Shown here: positions 48,123-59,201 of the stretch, piece after piece
How the letters are laid out: each line of letters begins with the position of its first letter
Position numbering within the stretch: position 1 is the stretch's first letter
Assembly (NCBI GenBank): GCA_965217895.1
Contig: CBDCJV010000002.1
Span: forward strand, 2,144,001-2,208,000
DNA length: 64,000 nucleotides
Origin: Waterburya sp.
Lineage (GTDB): Bacteria; Cyanobacteriota; Cyanobacteriia; Cyanobacteriales; Xenococcaceae
Direction of reading: 5' to 3'
The notes under the pieces: model-generated
What the model was told of the DNA's origin: nothing
What the model saw: only the letters and a program-made list of their open reading frames with translations
The model's database searches: none
Made by a program: the position numbers and the translations under genes

Positions 48123-49829
48123 CTAGATTACGTTAATATTTACTTTCGCGTAGTCCATATCTAAGCCGTTGAGGCTATTGTTCGTTTCATCGCTTTCAGC
48201 CACGTCTCCGTAAGGATCTGCTGCCACACCAACATAATATTCACCGCTACCCGCAGTAAAACCAGCCCAGTTTTCAGGCAAAGTTAACTTAGTAGTCATG
48301 GTGGTGCTGCCATTAGCTTCAAGACTCATTCGAGCAGAATCTTTATCTCCCTGTAGGAAGAATGCTCCAGGATCATCTTTAATACTTAACTCATCGTGAT
48401 TAGTTAGATAATCCTTGGTGAAGACATAGAAACCTGCTGCAAAGTCATCAGCAGAAGCATTTCCTTTATTTTCAATCTCATAGATAACTTCAAAAGTCGA
48501 TCCAGTTGAGATAGTATCGGCACTAACTTTAAAAGTCGATCCAGTTAGCAGATCGGCAGTACCTTCAGGAGCATTATCAATGCTGACTTTCTGGTAGTCT
48601 ACATCTACTCCAGTCAGGCTATTATTAGCCTCATCACTTTCGGCAACATCATCATAAACATCTGCCTCCGCACCCAGATAATAATCTCCAGAGCCAGTGA
48701 AGCCTTTCCACTCTTGGGGGATAGTTATATCAGTGGTCATAGTGGCACTTTTACCAGCTTCAAGACTCATTCGAGCCGAATCTTTATCTCCTTGCAGGAA
48801 GAATACTCCAGGATCATCTTCAATACTTAGACTATCGTTATTCGCTAAATAATCTTCTGTAAATAAATAGAAACCTGTACCAAAATCATCAGCAGTAGAA
48901 TCACCTTGGTTAGTGATTTCGTATTCTACTGTCACGGTATCTCCAGCAGCTACATTATCTGGTACTTTAAAACCAGTTACAGCCAAATCTGCTGAACTAG
49001 GAACAGCATCAAATCCAGTATTAATAGCACTTATGCTTGTATAGTCTAATCCTGCATTTTGTCCGCTATTGTTAACTTCATTGGTTTCGCTTACTTCATC
49101 TTTGGAGTCAACATCTAAAAGAACATTATATTTTCCATCACCACTTTTCCAAAAAGGATGACCTTCTGGAGGAACTTGATAACTGTATTTTTTAACCCCT
49201 GTATTGCTATTGGGATTTACGATGTCTCTAATATCGTAAGTGCCAAGTTTGGCATCATCTTCGGATACCTTTGCATCTTTAGAAAGATAAATATCAACTG
49301 AAAATGGGTTGGCTATTTGGTCGGGACTGACATTTGCCACAGAGAAACTAAGGTCTATATAACTTCCAGCAGCAACCTCTGGCTTGCCAACCGTGGTTTG
49401 CAACCCAACTAAATCAGAATCTTTGAACTCTACGACTCCAACTGTATCTAGATCGACTCCTATGCCTTGGTTACTATTATTGCTTTTATCAGACTCAGAG
49501 AACTTGTTTTTGGGATCGAGACGTAGACCTACTGTATAAGTACTATCTTTGTCTAGCCAAAATGGACTTGTAACGCTAGGAGTTTTGTAGCGAAAACTTT
49601 TAAGACCTGAATCTTTACCAGCTTCTAGTCCATTTTTTATTTCATAGTTACCGATTTTTAGATCATTTTCATCAATATTCTCATCTTGAGAAATAACAAT
49701 ATCAAAATCAAATGGTTGAATATCTTCATCGCCATTATTAACAACAGAAAAATCAAGATTTATATCTTGTCCTCTACTTATTTTCTGTTGAGTAATATTA
49801 AAAAAACTACCAGTTAGATCTATTGCCAT
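48123..49829 (-). CDS. Acidic protein with four CARDB-like Ig domains (start likely MAIDL at 49829)
   Basis: Four DL...V.N.G...F...D....V.ESDE.NN repeats in two similar pairs; no catalytic domain recognised. Confidence 0.75.
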   Translation of the reverse strand: MAIDLTGSFFNITQQKISRGQDINLDFSVVNNGDEDIQPFDFDIVISQDENIDENDLKIGNYEIKNGLEAGKDSGLKSFRYKTPSVTSPFWLDKDSTYTVGLRLDPKNKFSESDKSNNSNQGIGVDLDTVGVVEFKDSDLVGLQTTVGKPEVAAGSYIDLSFSVANVSPDQIANPFSVDIYLSKDAKVSEDDAKLGTYDIRDIVNPNSNTGVKKYSYQVPPEGHPFWKSGDGKYNVLLDVDSKDEVSETNEVNNSGQNAGLDYTSISAINTGFDAVPSSADLAVTGFKVPDNVAAGDTVTVEYEITNQGDSTADDFGTGFYLFTEDYLANNDSLSIEDDPGVFFLQGDKDSARMSLEAGKSATMTTDITIPQEWKGFTGSGDYYLGAEADVYDDVAESDEANNSLTGVDVDYQKVSIDNAPEGTADLLTGSTFKVSADTISTGSTFEVIYEIENKGNASADDFAAGFYVFTKDYLTNHDELSIKDDPGAFFLQGDKDSARMSLEANGSTTMTTKLTLPENWAGFTAGSGEYYVGVAADPYGDVAESDETNNSLNGLDMDYAKVNINVI

Positions 49830-50423
49830 AAGATTTATTATTTTAAATACTCCACGCAAACGTAATCTATTTAATATTATTGAGTATGTATCAAGATTGA
49901 AACTGGTAATTATTCTATTCTTTTTATATTTTTTAGATAAAGCTTATTGCCCAATTTAAGTAATTTTGCAGTTATAAAAAATGCTTTAAATATTAATTTT
50001 TTAAGAAGTGTAAAAGATAAGTATAAAAGCGTAACCGAAAATATTGAATATAGTACAAAACAATCTAGTTATTACTTAAGTATATGTGCTATCTTATATC
50101 GGAACACTAAGGAATTACATCTACAAAGCAAATGTCGATAATTTTTAAGCATTTATACATACTTTTAATTAAACTACAATAATATTTATCAGTATAAATA
50201 TCTATAAAATTGTCAGACACAAACAGTTTAAAGAGTGATCTAAATTAATTTAATAATTCGACTCAAATTAATTATTCAACATACTAATTGAATTTCGTAA
50301 AACAGATGATGGCTAAATTTTGGAATCAATTTAAGGCAATAATTTTGAAAAATTTTACTTAGTAATAGATAATATTTAGTAAAGAAAAAATATTTATTTA
50401 TCGTTGATATAAATAGAAATGCA

Positions 50424-51296
50424 ATGCAGCTAATTACAGGACAAACAAAGCTTCTAGGAATAATAGGAAACCCCGTAGAACATTCTTTATCTCCAGTGAT
50501 GCACAATGCAGCGATCGCCCATTTAGGCTTAGATTATATTTATGTACCCTTTCCTGTAAAACAGATCGATTTAGAAAAGGCGATCGCTGGATTTGAAGCT
50601 GTTAACTTAAAGGGATTTAGCATTACTATTCCCCATAAACAAACAATTATTCCTTTACTAAAAGAAATTACAGATGATGCAGTTAATATTGGTGCAGTCA
50701 ATACTGTTTGGCGTACTGCTTCTGGTTGGAAAGGCACAAACACAGATGTAGAAGGCTTTGTTGCTCCTCTGAAAAATATGTCGCAAAATTGGCAGCAGAT
50801 GACTCCTGTGATTTTAGGTAATGGCGGTGCAGCTAGAGCGGTGATTGCTGGTTTGGCTAATTTAGGCTGTAAAGAAATTCATGTTGTTGGGCGTAATCCC
50901 GATAAATTAGCTCTATTCTATCAAAGTTGGTCACACGCGCCCAATATTACTTCCCTACTCAAAATTCATAACTGGGATAATCTCACTAGCCTAATTCCTG
51001 CTGCGGATCTACTGGTCAATACAACTCCTGTGGGAATGTCTCCTCAGACAGATGCTTCTCCTATTGATGCAGACTTGATGCAGAGGCTCAAAAAAAGTGC
51101 GATCGCCTATGATTTAATCTATACCCCTAACCCGACTCAATTTCTTAAACTAGCTCAAGCTCAAGGAGCAACAACCATAAATGGATTAGAAATGCTAGTG
51201 CAACAGGGAGTAGCTGCGCTTAAAATTTGGCTAAAGCAACCAGTCCCTATAGATATCATGCGAAATTCACTCCTTAACTTGTTTGCACTTCTTTAA
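50424..51296 (+). CDS. aroE: Shikimate dehydrogenase
   Basis: HSLSPVMHN, ITIPHK, GAVNT, NTD, GNGGAARA and GLEMLVQQG motifs. Confidence 0.96.
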   Translation: MQLITGQTKLLGIIGNPVEHSLSPVMHNAAIAHLGLDYIYVPFPVKQIDLEKAIAGFEAVNLKGFSITIPHKQTIIPLLKEITDDAVNIGAVNTVWRTASGWKGTNTDVEGFVAPLKNMSQNWQQMTPVILGNGGAARAVIAGLANLGCKEIHVVGRNPDKLALFYQSWSHAPNITSLLKIHNWDNLTSLIPAADLLVNTTPVGMSPQTDASPIDADLMQRLKKSAIAYDLIYTPNPTQFLKLAQAQGATTINGLEMLVQQGVAALKIWLKQPVPIDIMRNSLLNLFALL

Positions 51297-51330
51297 TTAA
51301 AATTTTCTTTGGCGTAAGTCCTATTGATAA

Positions 51331-52191
51331 TTAATTGTTAGTTGTTAGAGAGTAATTATGAGGCTGTAAAAATTCTCTGACGGTTTCTAGATATGCTGCG
51401 GGATCTTCTAGCATGGGAAAGTGAGAAGTTTTAGGTAGTTCGACATATTTAATTTTGTCGTTTAAGGCTGCTGCTTGTTTACCCATTACCGCAGGTATAA
51501 TAATGTCTTTTTCGCCAGACACCATGAGAGTTGGTACGGTGATTTGAGCAAATTCTTGAGGCATAATTTCTACAGCCTTTTGGCTGACAGAGGTGTAGAT
51601 TGTTCCTGCTGCTGCATCATAATCGGCTAACAAAAAATCTTCTAAAAATGCCAGGCGATCGCTTTTGTTGATTGGACGATGGAGAAATCGCGCCATAAAC
51701 ATTTGATCGGCAAAAGGAAATTTCAAAAACCAGCTATAGCGAAACTTAACCACGTATCCACCAAATTTATGAAAAGCAGCAAAGGCTTTGGCATCATATT
51801 CAAAAATACCGTTACAGGTAAGAATTGCTGCCTGGACGCGATCGCCATAACGATTGAGAAACATAGTAGCGATCGAAGCACCCATGGAGTGAGCATTGAT
51901 ATATACCCGCTCAAGCCCTAAAGCATCTAATAAAGCTGCTAAATCTGCTGCATAGTCTTCCATGTCATAACCTAAGCCTACGGGTTCTTGAGGCAAAGAA
52001 GAACGACCAAAACCCCGCAGATCGTAAAGTAGACAATCAAAATCGTCTGCTAAAGCCTCGGCGGTACTACGCCAATATCTTGCCGAACCTCCCCAGCCGT
52101 GAACAAATACCATTACAGGCTTAGGGTTAGCTTGCTGATGACGAACCCATTCATAATAATGACTTACTCCACGGACGACTACTGTAGGCAT
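51331..52191 (-). CDS. Alpha/beta hydrolase
   Basis: HGWGGS, DLRGFGRS, AHSMG nucleophile, GEKD and HFPMLE motifs. Confidence 0.9.
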   Translation of the reverse strand: MPTVVVRGVSHYYEWVRHQQANPKPVMVFVHGWGGSARYWRSTAEALADDFDCLLYDLRGFGRSSLPQEPVGLGYDMEDYAADLAALLDALGLERVYINAHSMGASIATMFLNRYGDRVQAAILTCNGIFEYDAKAFAAFHKFGGYVVKFRYSWFLKFPFADQMFMARFLHRPINKSDRLAFLEDFLLADYDAAAGTIYTSVSQKAVEIMPQEFAQITVPTLMVSGEKDIIIPAVMGKQAAALNDKIKYVELPKTSHFPMLEDPAAYLETVREFLQPHNYSLTTNN

Positions 52192-52306
52192 ATTATTGTT
52201 AATATTGTGGCTGCTTGATATTTAGTCTAGAACTTAGGATCGGCATATTTCTGGTTGTTTTAATTGTCTTAACATTGGAGATTTTAAACATGGGATCTAC
52301 AACAAT

Positions 52307-53107
52307 TTATGGTGATCTAAACAAACTAATCGAATCCAAATCACAAAATAATGTCGCCTGGGGTTGTTGGCGTAAAATGGTTGCAGGAAAATTAGGCGCG
52401 ATCGCCCGAGTTAAAGTTTTCTCAACTACTCCTGCTTTATGACTTCCCACCGCTAAACAAAAGATCTTCTTTGCTGCACAAATTGTCGGGATAGTCAGAG
52501 TATAGGCATAACCAGGTACAGCATCTAAATTGGGAAAGCAACCACCATTAACCTGTTGTTGACGGGTTTTAGTTTCTAGCTGGGCTAGCTTTACTATGTA
52601 AATATCGTTAAAATCGGCAACGGTAGGCTCATTAAAAGCAATGTGTCCATTGTCGCCAATGCCTAACAAGCAAAGGTCAATTTCCTGCTGCTGTAATAAA
52701 TTAGCATAACGCAGACATTCGGTTAAGGGTTCTGGTGCATCACCTTGAATATAGTGAAATATAAAAGGCTGAACTCGCTTTTCTAGCTTATGGTGCAAAT
52801 AATAACGAAAACTTCCAGGATGATCTGCGCTAATGCCTAAATATTCATCTAGATGGAACAGAGTTATACGTGACCAATCTAATTTATCTTGAGAAGCTAT
52901 TTCACTCAAAAACTGTAGCTGAGAGTTACCCGTTGCTAGAATAATACTTACTGTTTCTTGTTGTGCCAACAGCGATCGCAAATAATTTTGAGCTTGATTA
53001 GCTGCATCGTTAGTAAACTCAGTGGCAGAAACGGCAATTCTGACAGATAAATCATCAACTTTAATAACCTGAGTATCCAAAAGAGATGGTACAGTACGAT
53101 CTGTCAT
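52307..53107 (-). CDS. nagB: Glucosamine-6-phosphate deaminase family protein
   Basis: LATGNSQ, FHLDEY, LGIGDNGHIAFNEP and PATIL motifs. Confidence 0.8.
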   Translation of the reverse strand: MTDRTVPSLLDTQVIKVDDLSVRIAVSATEFTNDAANQAQNYLRSLLAQQETVSIILATGNSQLQFLSEIASQDKLDWSRITLFHLDEYLGISADHPGSFRYYLHHKLEKRVQPFIFHYIQGDAPEPLTECLRYANLLQQQEIDLCLLGIGDNGHIAFNEPTVADFNDIYIVKLAQLETKTRQQQVNGGCFPNLDAVPGYAYTLTIPTICAAKKIFCLAVGSHKAGVVEKTLTRAIAPNFPATILRQQPQATLFCDLDSISLFRSP

Positions 53108-53136
53108 ATTTAGTAAATCTGATTCTAAAGCAGAAC

Positions 53137-53619
53137 ATGAGTAATATATCCGATATAGCTATAAAAAACATCGATGGTGATGAAGAAAAATTTGCCGACT
53201 ATAGAGGCATGGTCTTGTTAATTGTTAACGTTGCTTCTTACTGTGGCTATACTCCCCAATACCAAGGACTAGAAGAGTTGAATCAAGAATATGGCGATAA
53301 AGGTTTACGAGTTCTGGGTTTTCCCTGTAATGATTTTGGCTCTCAAGAACCAGGTTCAAACGAAGAGATTGCCGAATTTTGTGAAACTAAATACGGTGTC
53401 AGCTTCGATATGTTTGATAAAGTTCATGCCAAGGGTTCTAAGCAACATCCTTTATATCAAATTCTAACTAATTCTGTTGAACCTCAAGGAGATGTAGCCT
53501 GGAACTTTGAAAAGTTTTTGATCGACAAAAAAGGTGAGGTGGTGGCAAGATTTGGTAGTGGCGTTACTCCTACTTCTTCTGAATTAGTTCAAGCCATTGA
53601 AGCAGAATTGGCAAAGTAA
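53137..53619 (+). CDS. gpx: Glutathione peroxidase-like protein (Cys type; start ATG 53137)
   Basis: NVASYCGYT, LGFPCNDFG.QEPG and WNFEKFL motifs. Confidence 0.93.
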   Translation: MSNISDIAIKNIDGDEEKFADYRGMVLLIVNVASYCGYTPQYQGLEELNQEYGDKGLRVLGFPCNDFGSQEPGSNEEIAEFCETKYGVSFDMFDKVHAKGSKQHPLYQILTNSVEPQGDVAWNFEKFLIDKKGEVVARFGSGVTPTSSELVQAIEAELAK

Positions 53620-53929
53620 ATGTTATTAGAATAAATGTTTCTTAGGCGATCGCTTTTCTGGTCAAAAAGCTCTCAGCTTGACCACAGGAAAAAGCTAAAA
53701 ACTTTTTACTTGCGTCTAAAATCGGCGGAGCTTTTGACTCATATTTAGGATTATATTTTTTTCGATAAGATATATCTCTTCCAAATCAATGTATAAAATT
53801 TGTTTTGTTTTCGTAAAGTAATTTTAAAGTTTTTATTTAGAATTGCTAATTTGTTTATCTGTTTCTAGATTATTTGATTTTAATAAGACATACTAATATA
53901 TATAGGGATAGGTTGTAGAGGAATTAGCG

Positions 53930-54082
53930 ATGTTAGAAAGAATGATATTAGCAGCAATCATAACGTGCTGCATATATTTGTTTTTAAATTTGGGTGGCAA
54001 ATCATCCAATGCACCATCTTTTGATAGCAAAAACGTTACATTTCCAGCCCTTTTACATCGTGTTGCCTTTTTTAATCTGTAG
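53930..54082 (+). CDS. Small 50-aa protein with N-terminal hydrophobic helix (not in ORF track)
   Basis: GAGGA RBS at 53918; MLERMILAAIITCCIYLFLNLGGKSSNAPSFDSKNVTFPALLHRVAFFNL*. Confidence 0.5.
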   Translation: MLERMILAAIITCCIYLFLNLGGKSSNAPSFDSKNVTFPALLHRVAFFNL

Positions 54083-54426
54083 CCAAACAGTTAGTTTCAA
54101 CCGAAGTTTTAAGGCGATTTTTCATGTTTTTAGATAATCAAGACCTGAAAACTATCAAATACAGTAATTATTTCGGTTCGTATACTGATAAATCATTAAT
54201 TCAAGATTACTACTTTTCATTGTCTATTTTCAAGGCAGGTTTACAGTATTTCTGAATTGTTTTCCTAAGAAAAATAGCCAGAAAAGGCGATCGCTCGATC
54301 CGCTCGACAATTTGAATGTCTTAAATAGCTCTTTTTCCTCATCCCTCATTCCTTTAAAACCCTGGTACTTTTTTGTGCGATAATCCATAAAAGAATAATA
54401 TTTTAATATTTGCTTAATATAAAGCA

Positions 54427-54822
54427 ATGAATGAGCCAGCCAAAGAACAATCAAACCCAGAAGAAAATCTAGCCAAACAGACTTCCTCACAAGAGAAAAC
54501 CCTGGCAGAACAAGCCCCATCAAGCTATGAATGTCGCTCTTGTGGTTATGTTTACGTACCATCCAAAGGGGATAATCAAGGGAATGTTCCCGCAGGAACT
54601 CTGTTTACAGAACTACCGAATGACTGGCGTTGTCCTGTCTGCGGTGTACGTAAAACTCAATTTGTTAATGTTGGCGCTCAAGGCGCACCATCTGGCTTTG
54701 CTGAGAATTTAAATTATGGCTTAGGAGTTAATCGTCTGACTCCTGCCCAAAAAAATCTTTTAATTTTTGGTGCTTTAGGTTTAGGCTTTTTGTTATTCCT
54801 GAGCTTATATGGCTTACACTAG
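54427..54822 (+). CDS. rubA: Membrane-anchored rubredoxin RubA
   Basis: CRSCGYVY and WRCPVCG motifs, C-terminal TM helix, upstream of ycf48-psbEFLJ. Confidence 0.95.
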   Translation: MNEPAKEQSNPEENLAKQTSSQEKTLAEQAPSSYECRSCGYVYVPSKGDNQGNVPAGTLFTELPNDWRCPVCGVRKTQFVNVGAQGAPSGFAENLNYGLGVNRLTPAQKNLLIFGALGLGFLLFLSLYGLH

Positions 54823-54870
54823 CAATTTTATTTCCATGGCTGCGGTTTAGAGAAAGTCATTTTAGTCAAC

Positions 54871-55977
54871 TTGTCTCTCGAATTTGCTGCTTATCTGCCT
54901 CAATTAATCACAACAACATTTATGAATTTATTGATTCAAGCACGTAGTTGGATGTATGCCATAAAACAACGCATTTCCTACGTTAAAAACTTAAAGCAAG
55001 TAGCTATATTATTTGCAGTTTGTATATTTTGTATTAGCTGTAGCCAAGTGCCTTCAACCACCGCTAATCCTTGGAAAACAATGACTCTACCAACGGAAGC
55101 CATTTTTTCTGATATTGCTTTTACTAGTAATAGCGATCGCGGTTGGTTAGTGGGAACTCAATCCAGCTTGTTTGAAACCAAAGACGGTGGCGAAACCTGG
55201 TCGCAGCAATCTTTAGAATTAGGAGAAGAAAAGGTAACTCTAGAAGCCATCAGTTTTGATGGTGATGAAGGCTGGATTGCTGGTCAACCATCTATTTTGC
55301 TACACACAGAAGATGGCGGTGATAGTTGGTCGCGTATTCCTCTTAGTGCTAAACTTCCTGGCGCACCTCTTGATATCATTGCTTTAGATAAGTCTACCGC
55401 AGAGATGGTAACCAATCTAGGGGCAATCTATAAAACCGAAGACGGTGGTAAAAACTGGAAGGCTTTAGTAGAAGGTTCAGTAGGGGTAGCCAGAAGTATT
55501 CATCGCTCTAACAATGGTAAATATGTAGCTGTTTCTGCCAAGGGTAATTTTTACTCTACTTGGGAACCAGGTCAAACCGAATGGACTCCGCACCAGAGAA
55601 CCTCATCTCGTCGTCTGCAAAATATGGGCTTTAACGATGATGAAAGTCTCTGGTTGCTGGCTCGTGGCGGTCAGGTTCAGTTTAGCAAATCAGACAACTA
55701 TGAAGAATGGGGAGAACCTATCTATCCTGAATTTTCCTCTAGCTGGGGCTTTTTGGATGTTGGTTATCGTACTCCCGAAGAGATTTGGGTAGCGGGAGGA
55801 AGTGCTAATCTATTAGTAAGTCCTGATGGTGGTCAAACCTGGTCAAAAGACCGTGATGTAGAAGACGCGCCCTCTAATTTTTATAAGGTAGTATTTATTT
55901 CACCACAAAAAGGCTTTGTTTTGGGTGAGCGAGGAACACTACTGAAATACGTGCCTGAAGCTGGTACTGCTGCCTAA
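54871..55977 (+). CDS. ycf48: PSII assembly factor Ycf48/HCF136 (true start probably downstream of 54871)
   Basis: BNR repeats (T.DGG.TW), SSRRLQNMG, lipobox-like CISC; synteny. Confidence 0.95.
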   Translation: MSLEFAAYLPQLITTTFMNLLIQARSWMYAIKQRISYVKNLKQVAILFAVCIFCISCSQVPSTTANPWKTMTLPTEAIFSDIAFTSNSDRGWLVGTQSSLFETKDGGETWSQQSLELGEEKVTLEAISFDGDEGWIAGQPSILLHTEDGGDSWSRIPLSAKLPGAPLDIIALDKSTAEMVTNLGAIYKTEDGGKNWKALVEGSVGVARSIHRSNNGKYVAVSAKGNFYSTWEPGQTEWTPHQRTSSRRLQNMGFNDDESLWLLARGGQVQFSKSDNYEEWGEPIYPEFSSSWGFLDVGYRTPEEIWVAGGSANLLVSPDGGQTWSKDRDVEDAPSNFYKVVFISPQKGFVLGERGTLLKYVPEAGTAA

Positions 55978-56082
55978 TTACTTTAGGTAAGTTGTAGGCA
56001 GTTACCTTTGTTTCGTATTATGTAAATAAGGCTTTTAATATTCACAAGGCTTGAAAACTTTTAATAAGGAGAAATAGAAAAT

Positions 56083-56328
56083 ATGGCTGGAGATACTGGA
56101 GAACGTCCATTTTCCGATATTATTACAAGCGTTCGCTACTGGGTAATCCACAGCGTTACAATTCCCATGCTGTTTATAGCTGGATGGCTCTTTGTTAGCA
56201 CTGGGCTGGCTTATGATGCTTTTGGTACTCCTCGTCCTGATGAGTACTTTACCCAAGAACGAATTGAAATTCCTGTGATTAGCGATCGCTATGATGCTAA
56301 AGAGCAAATCAAAGAATTTAATCAGTAA
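56083..56328 (+). CDS. psbE: Cytochrome b559 alpha subunit
   Basis: [24 protein letters not shown]. Confidence 0.99.
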   Translation: MAGDTGERPFSDIITSVRYWVIHSVTIPMLFIAGWLFVSTGLAYDAFGTPRPDEYFTQERIEIPVISDRYDAKEQIKEFNQ

Positions 56329-56345
56329 AAATTAAGTAAAAAAAT

Positions 56346-56480
56346 ATGACCAGCAATAACCCCAATCAACCCGTTTCTTACCCCATCTTTACCGTTAGAT
56401 GGTTGGCAATTCACACTCTAGCCGTACCAACTGTTTTTTTTCTTGGTGCGATCGCCTCTATGCAATTTATTCAAAGATAG
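56346..56480 (+). CDS. psbF: Cytochrome b559 beta subunit
   Basis: Manual translation [44 protein letters not shown]. Confidence 0.98.
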   Translation: MTSNNPNQPVSYPIFTVRWLAIHTLAVPTVFFLGAIASMQFIQR

Positions 56481-56489
56481 GAGTTAATC

Positions 56490-56609
56490 ATGGAAAGAAA
56501 GCAAAATACCAATAGACAACCAGTAGAGCTAAACCGTACTTCTCTTTACTTGGGTTTACTTTTAATTGCTGTTCTAGGTATTCTCTTCTCTAGTTACTTC
56601 TTTAACTAG
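56490..56609 (+). CDS. psbL: Photosystem II protein L
   Basis: [39 protein letters not shown]. Confidence 0.98.
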   Translation: MERKQNTNRQPVELNRTSLYLGLLLIAVLGILFSSYFFN

Positions 56610-56665
56610 AGAAGTGACCTGAACAGCTTATTTCAATATTCATAACAAGAGGAGAATTAAAAAGA

Positions 56666-56785
56666 ATGTTTGCAAATGGAAGAATTCCCATATGGATTGT
56701 TGCCACCGTAGCTGGCATAGGCGCAATCACCGTTGTCGGTATCTTTTTCTACGGTTCTTATGGTGGTGTTGGCTCTGGAATGTAG
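56666..56785 (+). CDS. psbJ: Photosystem II protein J
   Basis: [39 protein letters not shown]. Confidence 0.97.
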   Translation: MFANGRIPIWIVATVAGIGAITVVGIFFYGSYGGVGSGM

Positions 56786-56837
56786 AGTTATTCGCGATCG
56801 AGCTACACCTTGAAAGGTAGAATTAGTTATGTAACGA

Positions 56838-56871
56838 ACCGCCTAGTATCTTTACTCGGCGGTATTTTTTT
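56838..56871 (+). terminator. Intrinsic terminator of the psbEFLJ operon
   Basis: ACCGCC.AGTA-tctt-TACT.GGCGGT followed by T7. Confidence 0.85.
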
Positions 56872-57008
56872 GGCTGTTGTTCATTTATCGTTTATAGATA
56901 AGTACCTAAGCAAAATTAAGAAGTAAGAAGTAGTAATTTACAAAATGTCAAGCACGTTTATAGTTAATGCTATACTTCTCGCTCCGATTAAAAGCATAAC
57001 TCAAAGAG

Positions 57009-58379
57009 TTATTTGCCAATACAAAAACGGCTAAAAATACGCTCTAATACAGACTCGGTAACTTCTTCTCCTGTAATTTCTCCTAAAGCCTGAATTGCGC
57101 CTCTTAGATCTATTGTCCAGAAGTCAAGGGGAAGTTGGTTGGCAACAGTCTCTTGTACCTGCTCTAAAGATGCTTTGGCTCGAACCAAAGCAGCAGCCTG
57201 CCTTTGATTTACGGCTATCTCAGCATTAGCAGCAGTTGCTCCTTGATTAACTAAAGACAAAATAGCTTTTTCCAAGTCTTCAATTCCCTTATAGTTAGCT
57301 GCGCTGGTATGAACTATCTGCTTAATTTCTGGGGGATAGACATCTTGAGGAATAGCTAAATCAGTTTTATTAATTACTAAAATAAGGGGTCGGTGTTTTA
57401 CCTGCTGATAGATTGCCCGATCTTCTATTGTCCAGCCTCTAGCTGCATCGATGGTCAACAAAATCAAGTCTGCTTTGGCTGCTGCGGTGCGCGATCGCTC
57501 TACGCCAATTTTTTCTACCGTATCGGCAGTATCTCTAATACCTGCGGTGTCTAATACCTGAACAGGAATTCCTCCCACAACTAAAGTAGATTCAATCACG
57601 TCGCGGGTAGTACCAGGAAGCTCGGTTACTATGGCGCGATCGCTTTTACTCCAGGCATTGAGCAAGCTAGATTTGCCAACATTTGGACAGCCAACGATGG
57701 CAACTTTTAAACCACTCCTCAGTAATTCGCCTTGCTCGGCGGTGGCTAATATATTCTCTACCTGAGTCAAAACAGCCTGTATTTGTTGTTTGGTTTCCGC
57801 TTCATCTAATGGCGGTAAATCATCTTCAAAATCGATGCGAGCTTCTACCTCTGCCAAAATATCAAGACAGGCAGCCCGCAACTCGCCTATAGGACTGCTT
57901 AATTTTCCCTGTATTCCTGCTAAAGCTAATTGGGATGCTTCAACTGACTGGGCAGCAACAAGTTCGGCAATACTTTCAGCCTGGGTTAGATCGATTCTGC
58001 CGTTGAGAAAAGCTCTTAAGCTAAACTCACCTGGCTGTGCCAATCTTGCTCCTTGAGCAATACACAATTGTAAAACTGCTTGAACTGCCATGATGCCTCC
58101 GTGACAGTGAAATTCAACTACATCTTCACGGGTAAAAGAACGAGGCGCAAGCATTAATAATAGTAGTGCTTCATCTATAGTCTGATTAGTTAAGGGATGC
58201 TGAACATAGCCATAAATAATTCGATGAGTTGACCAATCTTGTTTTCCTGGTGCAAAGAATAGGGCTTTAGCGATCGCTAAAGCTTTTGCTCCTGATAAAC
58301 GAACTATGCCGACGCTGCCCTGCTGAGGTACAATTGCCGTGGCGATCGCTACTATAGTTTCTCCCTGAATTAAAGACAT
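57009..58379 (-). CDS. mnmE: tRNA modification GTPase MnmE/TrmE
   Basis: [19 protein letters not shown] and NKTD motifs; C-terminal FCIGK. Confidence 0.97.
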   Translation of the reverse strand: MSLIQGETIVAIATAIVPQQGSVGIVRLSGAKALAIAKALFFAPGKQDWSTHRIIYGYVQHPLTNQTIDEALLLLMLAPRSFTREDVVEFHCHGGIMAVQAVLQLCIAQGARLAQPGEFSLRAFLNGRIDLTQAESIAELVAAQSVEASQLALAGIQGKLSSPIGELRAACLDILAEVEARIDFEDDLPPLDEAETKQQIQAVLTQVENILATAEQGELLRSGLKVAIVGCPNVGKSSLLNAWSKSDRAIVTELPGTTRDVIESTLVVGGIPVQVLDTAGIRDTADTVEKIGVERSRTAAAKADLILLTIDAARGWTIEDRAIYQQVKHRPLILVINKTDLAIPQDVYPPEIKQIVHTSAANYKGIEDLEKAILSLVNQGATAANAEIAVNQRQAAALVRAKASLEQVQETVANQLPLDFWTIDLRGAIQALGEITGEEVTESVLERIFSRFCIGK

Positions 58380-58486
58380 TTAATCTGCCTGATGTGAACT
58401 AGCCTTTTAGATTACATAGTAACCTTTCAAAGCCTTTGTTCTTGTTGTATAAAGATAATAGGTAATTAGGTTATAGGTTGTAGGTT

Positions 58487-59161
58487 ATGAAAAAAGCAGT
58501 AGTTTTACTTTCTGGAGGTTTAGACTCGGCTACCACTGCTGCAATAGCAATTGAGAAAGGTTATCAGTTAATTGCTCTTTCTTTTCGTTATGGTCAAAAA
58601 CATCATAAAGAGTTAAAGTCTGCCAAAAAAATTGCCGCTGCCCTCAATATCCAGAAACACTTTATTGTCGATGTTAATTTGTCTCAATGGGGTGGATCTT
58701 CATTAACTGATGACTCGATGACTATTCCTCAAGCTGGTTTGCAAGCAGATGTAATTCCCTCTACCTATGTACCAGGGCGCAACACGGTTTTTATTGCGAT
58801 TGCTCTTTCTTTAGCCGAAGCTCAAAATGCTCAAGCAATTTACCTGGGCATTAATGCAGTGGATTACTCTGGCTACCCTGATTGTCGCCCCGAATATTTG
58901 CAGTCGTATCAACACTTAGCCAATTTATCATCTAAAGCTGGAATTGAAGGTCATGCCCCGCAGCTAATTGCTCCTTTGGTGGAAGATTCTAAAACAGATA
59001 TCGTCCGTCGCGCCCTAAGTTTGAATGTTCCCATTGCCGATACTTGGTCGTGTTATCAAGGTGGAGATACCCCTTGCGGTTTATGTGATTCTTGTCGAAT
59101 ACGCGATCGCGCTTTAATTGAAGTCGGACGCTCTGATTTGGTTACTCAAGCACTGAATTAA
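58487..59161 (+). CDS. queC: 7-cyano-7-deazaguanine synthase
   Basis: SGGLDS, YVPGRN, YPDCR and TWSCY..CGLCDSC motifs. Confidence 0.97.
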   Translation: MKKAVVLLSGGLDSATTAAIAIEKGYQLIALSFRYGQKHHKELKSAKKIAAALNIQKHFIVDVNLSQWGGSSLTDDSMTIPQAGLQADVIPSTYVPGRNTVFIAIALSLAEAQNAQAIYLGINAVDYSGYPDCRPEYLQSYQHLANLSSKAGIEGHAPQLIAPLVEDSKTDIVRRALSLNVPIADTWSCYQGGDTPCGLCDSCRIRDRALIEVGRSDLVTQALN

Positions 59162-59201
59162 CTTGGCGTGGAGACAATAATGTAATAATGTTTATTATTA
59201 C

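Noticed and set aside
49860..50420. AT-rich region with short ORFs (49947-50141, 50276-50506); considered as oriC or CRISPR leader
   Set aside because: No DnaA-box cluster or repeat-spacer array seen; the ORFs look like low-complexity noise
53137..53619. Selenocysteine in the glutathione peroxidase
   Set aside because: The active-site codon is TGT (Cys); there is no in-frame TGA
54230..54562. 110-aa minus-strand ORF overlapping the rubA start
   Set aside because: Overlaps a confident gene and has no recognisable features
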